IMG/VR virus record: IMGVR_UViG_3300048587_001155
Coordinates: 12,534 to 76,533 of that record
Origin: a virus
Strand: one strand, 5' to 3'
DNA length: 64,000 nt
A program made the position numbers and the translations under genes. The stretch's first letter is position 1. Each line of letters begins with the position of its first letter. A model generated the notes under the pieces. It was not told the origin of the DNA, did no database searches, and saw only the letters and a list, made by a program, of their open reading frames with translations. This document shows, in pieces, positions 1 through 10,262 of the stretch.

Positions 1-143
1 TGAACAAGCATTGATCGATACCGGTCGTGGCGTTTGATCGACTGACAGCTCCATGTCAATCACTCGGAGACAGGGCAATTTACCAATCTCCACATTAGAT
101 ACCTAAGCCGCACGCGCTCGGCGTGCAACGAAAGGAGCACATC

Positions 144-869
144 ATGATTCAGGAGCACAACAACTCAGTCATGATCTGGGTCGGTGCAGTTGCATTGAAA
201 CAAGGATTTGGAGGTTGGGCATTCTTGCTTCAGAGGAAGGAGACCGGTCTGATCGAGTCCGGATTCGGCCGGAGTGTTGACACGACGAAGTACCGCATGG
301 CACTTGAAGCAGCGTGCCAGGCTGTCAGCCGATGTAAGCAAAACGACGTCATAACCATCGTGTCTGATCTCACCTACCTTGTTAATGGAATCGAAGCCGG
401 TCTTCGTCGAAAGACTATCGCAGGCGAAGAGGATAACGTCGATCTCTGGAAACGCCTCTTAATTGGAGCAAACTCTCGAGAAGTAAAAGCCCTTTGGACG
501 CGAGATTATTCTGTTCGCGCTAATCGCTGGTGCAACATACAGGCAAAGCGGTCGGCGCAAAGTCTTCGGGACGGAAGGTCAGTGCCATCAAGTCTTCCAC
601 TTCCAGAGTCCAAGTGCATCGATCAAGACAAGATGGCAGCATTTGCATCCGAGCTGAAGCGAACCAACTGCGTTCCGCAAGTTATGGAATGCTTGGAAAT
701 ATCAGCTCTCTCGTTCGACGGTGATTTGATCTCAATCGAACTATCGCGTGATCCCTCTGGAACCGAGAAGTTCAAGCTTGAGAGAGCGGTCAAGAAGGCG
801 ATTCGATCAATGGCTGTCAAGCAAGAGAGGATTAACTCGCGTCCGGCAAAAAAGAATCGACCTCGCTGA
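144..869 (+). CDS. RNase HI-like protein, catalytically degenerate
   Basis: GGWAFLL, TTKYRMALEAA, SDLTYLVNGI and NVDLWKRL align to RNase HI; D10, E48 and D134 equivalents are replaced; SD AAAGGAG precedes ATG 144. Confidence 0.8.
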   Translation: MIQEHNNSVMIWVGAVALKQGFGGWAFLLQRKETGLIESGFGRSVDTTKYRMALEAACQAVSRCKQNDVITIVSDLTYLVNGIEAGLRRKTIAGEEDNVDLWKRLLIGANSREVKALWTRDYSVRANRWCNIQAKRSAQSLRDGRSVPSSLPLPESKCIDQDKMAAFASELKRTNCVPQVMECLEISALSFDGDLISIELSRDPSGTEKFKLERAVKKAIRSMAVKQERINSRPAKKNRPR

Positions 870-930
870 GAGACCCGTTCACACACAGGGAGATTGTTGA
901 AAGTTTCGATAGATAACTGAGGATCTCGCA

Positions 931-1869
931 ATGGAAGAATCTGATTGGCTCGTCGAGGCGAAGGGAAGTTGCTCTAGCGTTTCCGGCGGACCGGGAGCAT
1001 GGCGTGTTCGAGTACTCGAGAAGACTAATGGACGACACGAAGAGCAAAGCGGAAACAGTTCGAATACATCTCCGCTCGAGATGGAGCTGACTGCGGCATT
1101 GAACGGGCTTCGAATGATACCGAAACGAGGATCGGTGACGCTTATGGTTCGGAACCCGATCATCGTAAATGTTTTGCGAGGAAGCGAACTGCCATCGAAG
1201 CACAATGATTTGTGGAGATGCATTCAAGCGGAGTCATTGCCAAGAAGTGTCAACGCTGTAACAGTTCGCAATTTCGTCGAGATCGACCGCGCGATCGAGC
1301 AACGAAACAAGAAGGAGCAGAGAGAGAAAGCGAGGATGTCTTCGACGTCGGAACTCGAGACTCTGCCACTCTTCGACCACGACATCACGATCTACACGAA
1401 CGGCGCAAACTCCAATAAAGTTTGCGGGTGGGCATTTCTACTTCACAACAAGCGTACTGGTGAGATGGAGACCGGCGCCGGTTCGATTCGTCAAACAAAT
1501 GTGAATCGGATGAAGCATCTGGCGATAGTAGAAGGACTCAAACGAGCTCCGCAGAATGGGCGGATCCGGGTTCTCACCGACATGAAATATCTCGCTGACG
1601 GAATTACTTACAAGATAGATGTGTGGCATAGCTGGGGATGGCGCAAGTCAGCGAACGGTTGTGTTGAACGGCCGAACCCCGATCTTTGGGAAGACGTTTG
1701 GCAATCCAAGAGGGTGAGCGACGTTCGAGTTGACTGGGTGCGAAGTAACACCGGGATCGAAGGGCAAGATTGGTGCGCAACAGAAGCTACTCGACAGGTG
1801 GATATCGCTCTTAGAAAGCGAGCAGGAGAGCAGGCCGAACTACCTCGTTTGGATTCGACTCAGCCATGA
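931..1869 (+). CDS. Tandem double RNase HI-like domain protein, catalytically degenerate
   Basis: Domain A: KGSC..GGPGAW, MELTAA, NDLW. Domain B: IYTNG, NRMKH, TDMKYL.DGI, W..WGWRK, NPDLW, WVRSN. Confidence 0.85.
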   Translation: MEESDWLVEAKGSCSSVSGGPGAWRVRVLEKTNGRHEEQSGNSSNTSPLEMELTAALNGLRMIPKRGSVTLMVRNPIIVNVLRGSELPSKHNDLWRCIQAESLPRSVNAVTVRNFVEIDRAIEQRNKKEQREKARMSSTSELETLPLFDHDITIYTNGANSNKVCGWAFLLHNKRTGEMETGAGSIRQTNVNRMKHLAIVEGLKRAPQNGRIRVLTDMKYLADGITYKIDVWHSWGWRKSANGCVERPNPDLWEDVWQSKRVSDVRVDWVRSNTGIEGQDWCATEATRQVDIALRKRAGEQAELPRLDSTQP

Positions 1870-2261
1870 GATCCCGTGTGGGCGTCGAGACGAATGTCGT
1901 TGTAACAATCTTGAGAGTCTTTCCTGGTTTTCTCAATCGGCCGGTCGCGGTCGCGATCGAAAAGGAAGCTCGCTTTGAGTGTCGGGCGAAATACCGAAAC
2001 GTGAGTATGAACCATCAAATACTATGCCGAAGTAAGTCAAAAGCTGCTCGGGATAATCCACAGTGATAATCTCAATCCCGTCAAAAACGGTAGAACCTGA
2101 CTATCTTTACGACCCATTCCCTCGATTTGAAAGAAAGTCTGTGGAAAGTAAGGAGCCTCGCTTCGCCAATCGCTGCCGCCAGAATCGTTTTGAATTTACT
2201 CCCCGCTATGCCCAGACCGATCCTAGACTTTGAAGCGTAAAAACGCGGGGTCTTTAGTTCG

Positions 2262-3584
2262 ATGATGAAATCAGATGAACAGTTAAGCAGCGCTCAAGTT
2301 ACGACTCCCTTGCGGGTGATCGAACTTTTTTGGCGTCTACTGAGACATCGTCGGCCTGCTATTGGGCATGTCCTCGACATGGGGGCGGGCGATGGACGAT
2401 TCGCGAAAGCCGGGGAATTCAGATCATACTTGGGAATAGAAATCGATCCGACAAGATCGAGGCATGCAAAGATCCCGAAGAACGCCAAAATTATAAGAGG
2501 CTGTGCGTTCAAGCATTCAGGCAGAGGTTATGATGCCTGCATTGGTAATCCTCCTTATGTCCGACATCACGATATCGAGGGGAGTTGGAAACAGCGAACA
2601 CTCCAAAGTCTTTCAAAATCGCTCGGAGTGAAGCTAGATTGTCGTTTCAATCTTTACCTCTACTTCATGTGCCTCGGTCTCCTGCGCACTGCTCACGATG
2701 GGATATTGGCAGTCGTCGTTCCGCACGAATGGATTGGCCGTCCATCATCGCGTCCACTTCGCGAGTACATTAGCAAACAATCGTGGGACGTAGATGTCTA
2801 TCGGTTCACTCAGCCCATTTTCGAAGGAGTCCTGACGACTGCTTCGATCACATTCATTGATAAGTCATCATCATCCGGCTCGTGGCGACACTATGATCTT
2901 TCGAATAACTTCGAAATGAATCCGAGGCCGATTCCTCGAAAATCTGTTCCTCAAATCCTCCCGTACGAACGCCGGGGAAAAATTTGGGCTATTCGCGGCC
3001 TGAGTCCCGGGTCACAGCGTTTCTTCGTTCTGACGGAGGGGGAACGAATTCACAACGGACTCAGGAAGTCGGACGTAGTTCCATGCGTGACGTCAATGTC
3101 TTCTATGCCGTCCGAAGTTGCCACATTATCGGTAAGTGCATTCAAAAAACACTTTGTGAACGCTGGCGAAAAATGTTGGTTGATAAAATCGCACTCAGAG
3201 AGCCCTAGCGATTCATTGGCCGCGTACCTTGGGACCGTTCCAGCTGGGATTCGATCAAACTTCACCTGCTCATCTCGCACCGTCTGGCATCAATTCCGTA
3301 TGCCGAAACCTCCGGACATCCTGGTGAGCTCAGGATTCGTTTCGTTTGGACCTAAGGTAGTCGTGAATGAAATTGGCGCGATTGGGATCGGAACTATTCA
3401 TGGCGTGCACGGGGTCCCAAAGTCCAAACGGATCGGTTTGCGAAATTTCTTAGTGTCAACGAACTTTGAAAAACAGATTATTCCACATGCAAACACGTTG
3501 AAGAAAATCGAAGTTCGCCAGCTTAACGCAGCTCTCAATCGATATTCCACAGAGGTGAATAGAAATGCCGCGCGTCCTCTCTGA
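2262..3584 (+). CDS. N6-adenine DNA methyltransferase (gamma/Eco57I-like motif order)
   Basis: Motif I VLDMGAGDGRF, motif IV CIGNPPY, then NLYLYF and a C-terminal TRD-like region. Confidence 0.88.
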   Translation: MMKSDEQLSSAQVTTPLRVIELFWRLLRHRRPAIGHVLDMGAGDGRFAKAGEFRSYLGIEIDPTRSRHAKIPKNAKIIRGCAFKHSGRGYDACIGNPPYVRHHDIEGSWKQRTLQSLSKSLGVKLDCRFNLYLYFMCLGLLRTAHDGILAVVVPHEWIGRPSSRPLREYISKQSWDVDVYRFTQPIFEGVLTTASITFIDKSSSSGSWRHYDLSNNFEMNPRPIPRKSVPQILPYERRGKIWAIRGLSPGSQRFFVLTEGERIHNGLRKSDVVPCVTSMSSMPSEVATLSVSAFKKHFVNAGEKCWLIKSHSESPSDSLAAYLGTVPAGIRSNFTCSSRTVWHQFRMPKPPDILVSSGFVSFGPKVVVNEIGAIGIGTIHGVHGVPKSKRIGLRNFLVSTNFEKQIIPHANTLKKIEVRQLNAALNRYSTEVNRNAARPL

Positions 3585-5787
3585 GCAAGATATTCCGTTT
3601 CAAACCGAAGGACGCTTGCTGCAAGAGCTAGGGCTGCGACTCGTCGCTAGTCCGCAGGTCGCACTTGTCGAACTCATTAAAAACGCTTACGACGCCGATT
3701 CGCCAATATGCGATGTTCGGTTAGAGGGCCAGAGAACGCTGATCGTTGAAGATCACGGAAGCGGTATGACGCTTGACGATTTTCGAAACAGATGGATGCG
3801 AATCGCGACATCTGACAAGGCGACTCTTGCTACGTCGCCGAGGTTCAAACGTCCGCTCACTGGCGCAAAAGGTATTGGCAGATTCGCCGTGAGATTTCTG
3901 GGGAATCATCTCCATCTGACGTCAGTTGCATACGACAAGAGTCGAAAACTCCTCACTCAACTTGACGCCGATTTCAATTGGACCGCTCTCGATCGAGAAA
4001 GAGACATCTCTCACGCAGTTGTTCATTGCAAATTGATTGCAGCACCAGCCGGCGCACAAACGGGAACCGTATTGCGAATTAGCTCTTTACGACAAGAAGT
4101 CGACTTTGCCCGCGACCAGTCCTTACGATCGGATGTCCTCCAAATCGTCACGCCTTTGCAGGGGTTGGATCGCGGTAAATTTGCGACGGAAAATGGAGTA
4201 GGAAGCGCCGATCCTGGATTCAAGGTAACACTTCCCGGTACCGATTCAGACGAGAATCTCGACCTCGCAGAACTCGTATTGAATAACTATTGGGCAAGAT
4301 TGACTGTCGAACTTGTTGGAGCGCGTCTCAAGATAAAGGTGCACCTACACGAGTCTGGTGAAACGAGCGAACTAAATCTGCGTGTCGCAAGCGTCATCTC
4401 CAAAGGTTTCTTTGCCGATATCCGTTACTTCCCGCGTCGCAAGGGAGTTTTTAGCCAAAAGGGTATTGATGGACGGAAGGCATGGAACTGGGTTCGAACG
4501 AACTGCGGTATTAAAGTCGTTGACCACGGCTTTCATATTCATCCATATGGATTCAAAAAGGACGACTGGCTGCATCTTGATCATGATACGTCACACAATG
4601 AGCGGCAATGGAGCACACGAATTGCCCAAGAGCATTTTCCGATTAACCAGCTGATTCAGAAAGACCCGGCCATTAACCCTGCTCTGAATCTCGCATCAAA
4701 TTTTCAGGTAGTTGGCGCCGTATTTATTGAGACAGCTCGTGACGCAGGAAATAAAGATGTAATCGATTTATTACCTGCAATGGATCGCGAGGGCTTACTC
4801 GAAAATCAGGCTTTCCTTCAGTTAGTTGAATTCGTGAGGAGTGGGCTTGAATTTCTTGCGCATGTTGACAAGCGTGCTCTCTTGAAGAAGCTAGAAATGG
4901 ATGCGAAGCTTGCGGCCAAGTCGGCCCGGAAAGACATCCAGCAAGCAATCTCCCATATTCGTAATAGTCCGACACTGACATCTGCCGACAAATCGAGGAT
5001 TGTCAAGCAATACGCATCGCTCGCTGCGCAAGTCGAGAAACAAGAGGAGTATTCTCAGCAAGCGCGCAGAGGCCTCGTTACCATGGGGCTGCTCGGCGTT
5101 GTTGCTGGATTTATGACGCATGAAAGTCGCGCAATACTTCATGATCTAGAATTAACCGTTTTGGCCATACAACGACTGGCAAAGAAGGATCGATCACTCC
5201 AGAAGGACGCGGATCAGCTCGAGCATCGTCTAAACACATTTCGCGGGTATCTCGACTATTCTCGTTTATTCATTCAAAGTGCACGGGTTCTACGCGATGA
5301 ACCTCTAGCCGTTGCTAGCCAAATTCGCCGAATTATTGCGAACTTTGGCTCTGTTGCCAAAGATCGGGGCATCAAAGTGAGTATTGATGTGGATGAATCT
5401 GTAAAGACACCTCCGCTGCCGGTAACTGCTTACAGTGGCATCTTGCTGAATCTTTTTACCAATGCGGTGAAAGGAATTCTTGCAGCGGCCGGTAGCACTC
5501 CGAAGCCACTGATCAGCTTTCGATCGTGGAATGAACAGGATCGACATATCGTTGAAGTTGCTGACAACGGTATTGGTATTCCACCGGAATTGAGACGAAG
5601 AGTGTTTGATCCTCTTTTCACCACCACTTCGGATGTCGGCAACCCGCTTGGATCCGGAATGGGCTTGGGCTTAACATTAGTCGAACAGGTTGTACGCGAA
5701 TTTGAAGGAAGGATAACCCTTCTGGAAGTTCCGCCTCCGGGATTCAGCACGTGTTTTCGAGTCGTCTTTCCGAGGAAAGATAAATGA
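3565..5787 (+). CDS. GHKL (MORC/HATPase_c_3) ATPase fused to a C-terminal histidine kinase
   Basis: N-terminal ELIKNAYDAD, DHGSGM, GAKGIGRFA, GTVLRI; C-terminal H-box FMTHE, N-box NLFTNA, DNGIGIP, FDPLFTT, GMGLGL. Confidence 0.9.
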   Translation: MPRVLSEQDIPFQTEGRLLQELGLRLVASPQVALVELIKNAYDADSPICDVRLEGQRTLIVEDHGSGMTLDDFRNRWMRIATSDKATLATSPRFKRPLTGAKGIGRFAVRFLGNHLHLTSVAYDKSRKLLTQLDADFNWTALDRERDISHAVVHCKLIAAPAGAQTGTVLRISSLRQEVDFARDQSLRSDVLQIVTPLQGLDRGKFATENGVGSADPGFKVTLPGTDSDENLDLAELVLNNYWARLTVELVGARLKIKVHLHESGETSELNLRVASVISKGFFADIRYFPRRKGVFSQKGIDGRKAWNWVRTNCGIKVVDHGFHIHPYGFKKDDWLHLDHDTSHNERQWSTRIAQEHFPINQLIQKDPAINPALNLASNFQVVGAVFIETARDAGNKDVIDLLPAMDREGLLENQAFLQLVEFVRSGLEFLAHVDKRALLKKLEMDAKLAAKSARKDIQQAISHIRNSPTLTSADKSRIVKQYASLAAQVEKQEEYSQQARRGLVTMGLLGVVAGFMTHESRAILHDLELTVLAIQRLAKKDRSLQKDADQLEHRLNTFRGYLDYSRLFIQSARVLRDEPLAVASQIRRIIANFGSVAKDRGIKVSIDVDESVKTPPLPVTAYSGILLNLFTNAVKGILAAAGSTPKPLISFRSWNEQDRHIVEVADNGIGIPPELRRRVFDPLFTTTSDVGNPLGSGMGLGLTLVEQVVREFEGRITLLEVPPPGFSTCFRVVFPRKDK

Positions 5788-6866
5788 AAAGTCTGAATAT
5801 ACTTCTCTTCGATGACGTGGAAGAGAATCTGCGTGAGGTTCAAGATCTTATTTCAAAAGAGCTTGGCGTTAAAGGGAAGGTGGAAGCATATCCTCTTGTT
5901 CGGAGAGAAACCTCTAAGCTGGGCGACCCGGAGCCATTCGAAGACATCATCGAGCGCGAGCTCAGGAAGCGTGCGGAGCCGGTCAGCCTAATAGTCGCAG
6001 ACCGAGATCTATCGCGAGCCACAGATTACCGTGGACTGTCAGAACCAACCGTTCGCCGCGCCGCAGAACGACTTGCGATACCGGAATGTGGCTATGCACG
6101 CGGTGAATCCGGGGACGCTATCTCATATTTGGATATTGGCGAGAAGAGAGAGGAGTGTATTCGCCTTAGCCTCACTCCCCAAGATGTGTTCGCTCGGAAG
6201 GTGGTCGACATCGCCGAAGGATTCGAATGGATGAAGGAGCAGGTCCCAAATGTAATGCAAAAGATGAAAGGCAGACAACCATCTCCGGCAAAGATACTCG
6301 CCGAATTGTTGGGAGTGCCCGATCAAGTTGAGAAAATTTCCCTCTTTGCTGTGGGCGATAAAAATCGATTGGGTGACATCCCCAGACTTGGAAAATCTTC
6401 TTCAGACGAGAGAGCACGGAGGCTCGCCTATCTCTTGGGTTATTGGCTGTGGGACTCTGTCTTATTTTTTCCTGGGCTTGTAGTAAATGAAATAGCCGCA
6501 TCAAGTTACTTGAATATCAGCGTAGAAGAGTTCAGAAAAAAGGATGTAGCAAGTTTATTCTCCGCGGCCAAATACTTGGGTCCGTTCTCCTACGCGAGAG
6601 GGCCTCTCTGGTGGCGCGGTAGGCTTGATTCACTACTCGGTGATTTCGAAGACGGAAACTCTCTAGCGACGACGAACCTCGGTCGAGAAGTCGCACCATG
6701 CTTATGCTCCGTAGATCCTTCGATACAGGCGGGCTTCGTTTGCGTACTGTCAAACAAACCTGTTAGTAGCAAAAACTCAACAGGCAAATTGCTTTGGTTG
6801 CCCCGAGGCGCCGATTTGGCTCGGGTGAGTCGCACGATGATCGATGAGTTTGGTCCATGGCTGTAG
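5784..6866 (+). CDS. Divergent response-regulator receiver protein with C-terminal Cys-containing domain
   Basis: ILLFDD acidic pocket and LIVADRDLS phosphoacceptor-like Asp; ATGA overlap with the kinase gene. Confidence 0.7.
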   Translation: MKSLNILLFDDVEENLREVQDLISKELGVKGKVEAYPLVRRETSKLGDPEPFEDIIERELRKRAEPVSLIVADRDLSRATDYRGLSEPTVRRAAERLAIPECGYARGESGDAISYLDIGEKREECIRLSLTPQDVFARKVVDIAEGFEWMKEQVPNVMQKMKGRQPSPAKILAELLGVPDQVEKISLFAVGDKNRLGDIPRLGKSSSDERARRLAYLLGYWLWDSVLFFPGLVVNEIAASSYLNISVEEFRKKDVASLFSAAKYLGPFSYARGPLWWRGRLDSLLGDFEDGNSLATTNLGREVAPCLCSVDPSIQAGFVCVLSNKPVSSKNSTGKLLWLPRGADLARVSRTMIDEFGPWL

Positions 6867-6876
6867 AGAACGAGAT

Positions 6877-7572
6877 ATGTCACAATTTCCAGGACAAGCC
6901 CGGTATGCGGATCTCATTGCTTCATTCACTCGACACCTTCAGACTCCCTGTGGAATGATCGACATCTTTCCTAGATCCGAAGCTGAATGGTTTAGGTCTA
7001 CCCAAAAGACGGCTTCACTTTCGGAATGGAAGTTCGAAATCGTAATGCACCTTCCGCGATGGAAGGCCAGGAGAAAGGAAGTTTATATTATCCTTCATGC
7101 AACCGAGACCATACAGCGAAGGTCTGGCGGGGCTGCGATAGTGACGAAATCCACCGTGCGCCTTTCATATTGCGATGTTGAAGAAGAGTGCGAGCTCCTC
7201 CATTCAATTCACTATGACTTTGACAAAATAGTAGAAAAGCATCCTCTGTTCCATGCACAGGTAACGAATGAAGCTCCTTCATTACCCGATGTAGCTCAAC
7301 AGGAACTCGAGATCATTCTTCCAAAGCCGCGTTCTCCGCTTTTTAAATTTGCACGAATTCCAACTTCCGACATGACTCTCCCTTCGGCACTTTTGTGCTT
7401 AGCGGCAGATCATTGCGGAGACCAGGAAGCGTTTGACGCATTCCGCGAAAAGGTTATGTCACTTCGCGAGAAAATGCATTACGCCGATGCGTCGATGATT
7501 ACGAATCATGTAAGTGGATCAAAATTACCAATTCTTTGTAGCTCGGTTTGGTTCGGAAAGTCGCCTGAGTAG
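6877..7572 (+). CDS. Hypothetical protein, DUF2290-like
   Basis: IHYDFD....HPLFHAQ ... RIPT pattern recalls DUF2290; last gene of the operon. Confidence 0.5.
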   Translation: MSQFPGQARYADLIASFTRHLQTPCGMIDIFPRSEAEWFRSTQKTASLSEWKFEIVMHLPRWKARRKEVYIILHATETIQRRSGGAAIVTKSTVRLSYCDVEEECELLHSIHYDFDKIVEKHPLFHAQVTNEAPSLPDVAQQELEIILPKPRSPLFKFARIPTSDMTLPSALLCLAADHCGDQEAFDAFREKVMSLREKMHYADASMITNHVSGSKLPILCSSVWFGKSPE

Positions 7573-7752
7573 CTGTTACGCGGCGATTTGAGGTCAAGCA
7601 TCACTTGGAGTACAGACGAGGTGGTGAACCTAAGCAAGTTTCAGATGGAAGACAACGACTAATCGTCGAGTCTGCTGAGTTCACCCATTTCCGTTTGGTA
7701 AACCAAGCGCAGATATCGAGACTGAGTTAAGGTGAATTGACTGTTTGATCTT

Positions 7753-7793
7753 GGCCGGCGGTTTTGTGCATGGCCCGTCGGTCTCTTTTTTTT
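7753..7793 (+). terminator. Rho-independent terminator
   Basis: GGCCGGCGG...CCGTCGGTC stem with G-U pairs followed by a long T run, downstream of the methyltransferase operon. Confidence 0.65.
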
Positions 7794-7873
7794 AAGCTAC
7801 GTTTCGTGAGCCCCGATCGGCATGGGCGAACGATGCGGGGGCGCAATCCTAGCTCATGTCGATTCGGGGTCTA

Positions 7874-8107
7874 CTACTTTGGCCGGTTCAAGCTCTGGAA
7901 GATGGCAAGCGCATCCTCAGCTTCCTGGCCGTGCAGATAGTGAGATTCCCCGCCACGATCCGGCGAACTGCCGACAACAACCTCGAGTATCTTCTCTTCT
8001 TCGTCGAATTCGGCCTCGCGGATAAAAGCCGTGTTGATGAACTTCAGCTTGCGGGTCAGCCCGTTGAGTCCCTGCTCAGTCCTCGTGAACTTGATGAATG
8101 GCGGCAT
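7874..8107 (-). CDS. Small hypothetical protein
   Basis: 77-aa ATG ORF with protein-like composition, lying between two hairpins. Confidence 0.55.
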   Translation of the reverse strand: MPPFIKFTRTEQGLNGLTRKLKFINTAFIREAEFDEEEKILEVVVGSSPDRGGESHYLHGQEAEDALAIFQSLNRPK

Positions 8108-8206
8108 CGAATCCTCCCGTCGAGTTCTGTGATTTCTGACGGAATAACCGAATGAAGAGCGGATTTCGAGAGCATTCTGGACTACATTGGTGCATCGTTT
8201 GGGTTA

Positions 8207-8246
8207 GGCCGGCGGGTTATGGGACTCCGGATCCGCCGGCCGTTTT
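8207..8246 (+). terminator. GC-rich hairpin, possible terminator
   Basis: GGCCGGCGGGT ... ATCCGCCGGCC followed by GTTTT. Confidence 0.45.
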
Positions 8247-8359
8247 ACCCTCCGAAAACCCGGAATTCCACCTGTTGCGACTGATTCGACTTTTCTAAAC
8301 TCCGTTCATTGGCTTCGGGTTGGACCCAAGCGTTATCGCTACTTCATGATGGAGGAGCC

Positions 8360-9595
8360 ATGCCACGTCAAACTACGACATATCGCGTATTAATTGCGTC
8401 ACCTTCGGATTGTGAAGAAGAACGAAGATTAGTTCCAGAAGTCATAAGTGACTGGGTTGATGGCCATTCGTTGTCGCTCGATATCACCGTATTGCCTGTC
8501 AAATGGGAGACGAATTCGGTCCCAGAATTAGGAGAGAAGGGCGCTCGGCCACAGGGAATAATCAACAGTCAACTTATCAAAGACTCCGATATTCTTGTCG
8601 CGATCTTTTGGAGCCGCCTCGGAACTCCGACAGGAAAAGCAGATTCCGGTACGATCGAAGAAATCGAGGAATTCCGAAAGGCCGGCAGACCGGTTCTCGT
8701 CTACTTTTCCCAAAAACCGGTACCAAACAATGTCGATACATCTCAGCTCGAAAAGCTTCGCGAATACCGCGAACAAATTCGGCACGAAGGAATTTGTTTT
8801 GATTATCATTCGCTCGAGAATCTGCGAAACCTTCTATCCAAGCACTTAAACAGAGTGATCACCGAGCTTCATGAAGTCCATAAGCTGAGTCTCAAAAATC
8901 CTGTTAACGCAGAACCTATGGACGAGAGGCTAAAACGCTTTCGTGAATTCGCAGACGAGTTCGACTCTTTTCTTCGTGGATTCGAACTGAAATGGCACGC
9001 CGAACAAGAGGTCAGGCAGATCAATTTAAACAACGGAAAATCCCATTTATTAAGTGCGTATGATCACGTTCACACATTGACCAGCCGCATCAAGTTTGGG
9101 TTAGATGAGATCAAAGAGCCATTGAAAGAAATATTAGTGAAGATTCGACAATTGCAGGACCATCACCTATTCGCGGACGGTGGCAGATCCATGGCTGAGT
9201 TCTGGGAACATGGCAATGAGATCATCAAAGACTTGCATGGCATATCCGGCAAAATCCGTGTACTGGAAAGACGATTGCTAGAACCTCAATCTGAAATCCC
9301 GCCCAATGCGCATCCCAATGACAGAGGCGTATCATTGTCAGAGCTTGCGGCAGAAATCATTCGTGAGGCGGTGAAAGATAAGAACGGAATGATTTTGGCG
9401 TATGGCCTGTTGGATGGCTGGCATGTGGCCACTAATCAACTCGACTTTGTTGAACCTGATGATCCTCGAAGTGAAGCAAAAGCACGCGCCGCGATAAAAG
9501 AACTTCAAGCAAATGGTTTAATCGAGCAGCGCGGAAAAGAGTCGTACGGAGTCACAGCGGCTGGCTTTGACTGGACCGACAAACAAAATCCCTGA
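8360..9595 (+). CDS. DUF4062-like (NDT/TIR-like nucleotidase fold) protein with helical and wHTH-like C-terminus
   Basis: YRVLIASPSD.EEER, WE, PQ.IIN, SDILVAIFWSRLGTPT, SGT.EE, VYFS; SD GGAGG precedes ATG 8360. Confidence 0.8.
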   Translation: MPRQTTTYRVLIASPSDCEEERRLVPEVISDWVDGHSLSLDITVLPVKWETNSVPELGEKGARPQGIINSQLIKDSDILVAIFWSRLGTPTGKADSGTIEEIEEFRKAGRPVLVYFSQKPVPNNVDTSQLEKLREYREQIRHEGICFDYHSLENLRNLLSKHLNRVITELHEVHKLSLKNPVNAEPMDERLKRFREFADEFDSFLRGFELKWHAEQEVRQINLNNGKSHLLSAYDHVHTLTSRIKFGLDEIKEPLKEILVKIRQLQDHHLFADGGRSMAEFWEHGNEIIKDLHGISGKIRVLERRLLEPQSEIPPNAHPNDRGVSLSELAAEIIREAVKDKNGMILAYGLLDGWHVATNQLDFVEPDDPRSEAKARAAIKELQANGLIEQRGKESYGVTAAGFDWTDKQNP

Positions 9596-9599
9596 TGAA

Positions 9600-9624
9600 C
9601 TAAATTTAGCTCCCTCACTAAACC
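9600..9624. repeat. 25-bp direct repeat, copy 1 (CTAAATTTAGCTCCCTCACTAAACC)
   Basis: 23/25 identical to 11636-11660; begins with the 10-bp palindrome CTAAATTTAG. Confidence 0.85.
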
Positions 9625-9806
9625 AGAAACTGCGAGGTAACTAACGTCGAGGCCCCCGGCAAAAGGGGATCTCAGTAGAAAATAAATTCGGCATCGGAGG
9701 CGCGATACGATGGCTCGAAGTTTGATCCGTCGAAATTTTCGCCGGCTCCGTCGGTTACTCGCTCAAGCCTGTCGACCAACTAAGTCAGGATCACCGGAGA
9801 GTCAGC

Positions 9807-10262
9807 GTGTGCGTTCACCATGAAGACACAGTCCCCGGCCCTGTCCATCCTCACCATACAGCCATCAACAACAGGTGCTATTTCTTTTACGACAAGCACC
9901 ACAGGCCAGCCAACGTCGACGATGCTCAGTGGCTACCCGGCCTTCCGTCGGCAGAGGAATTTGGTGTGTTCGAGCGAGCGAATGAGCACGATCTGTCCAC
10001 CAATGGGGGGGACTTGTTCGGCCTACGAATCCGAGAGGGACTAGTTTTGGAACTCGGGATGTTCGGCGAGCAGGTAGCCAAGTTCCCGTTCGTCTGTGGC
10101 AACATGCCGTGGCACGGGTTTCCACACTGGCCCTTAGCCACGAACGGTCTTGCTGGCGGCCGCACGTATCCACCTCCGCGGAAAGTTCTGAAAAAAATGG
10201 AAGCGGTCGGACTCATTACCGCCACGCAGCGAAGGCGGCTTGAATCTGGAAAGCACGTATGA
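9807..10262 (+). CDS. Hypothetical protein (WHGFP motif, possibly toxin-like)
   Basis: 151-aa ORF coupled by an ATGA overlap to the next gene. Confidence 0.65.
   Translation: MCVHHEDTVPGPVHPHHTAINNRCYFFYDKHHRPANVDDAQWLPGLPSAEEFGVFERANEHDLSTNGGDLFGLRIREGLVLELGMFGEQVAKFPFVCGNMPWHGFPHWPLATNGLAGGRTYPPPRKVLKKMEAVGLITATQRRRLESGKHV

Noticed and set aside
1866-2066. 66-aa ORF coupled to the RNase H gene
   Set aside because: Short with no motif; cannot be distinguished from a chance ORF
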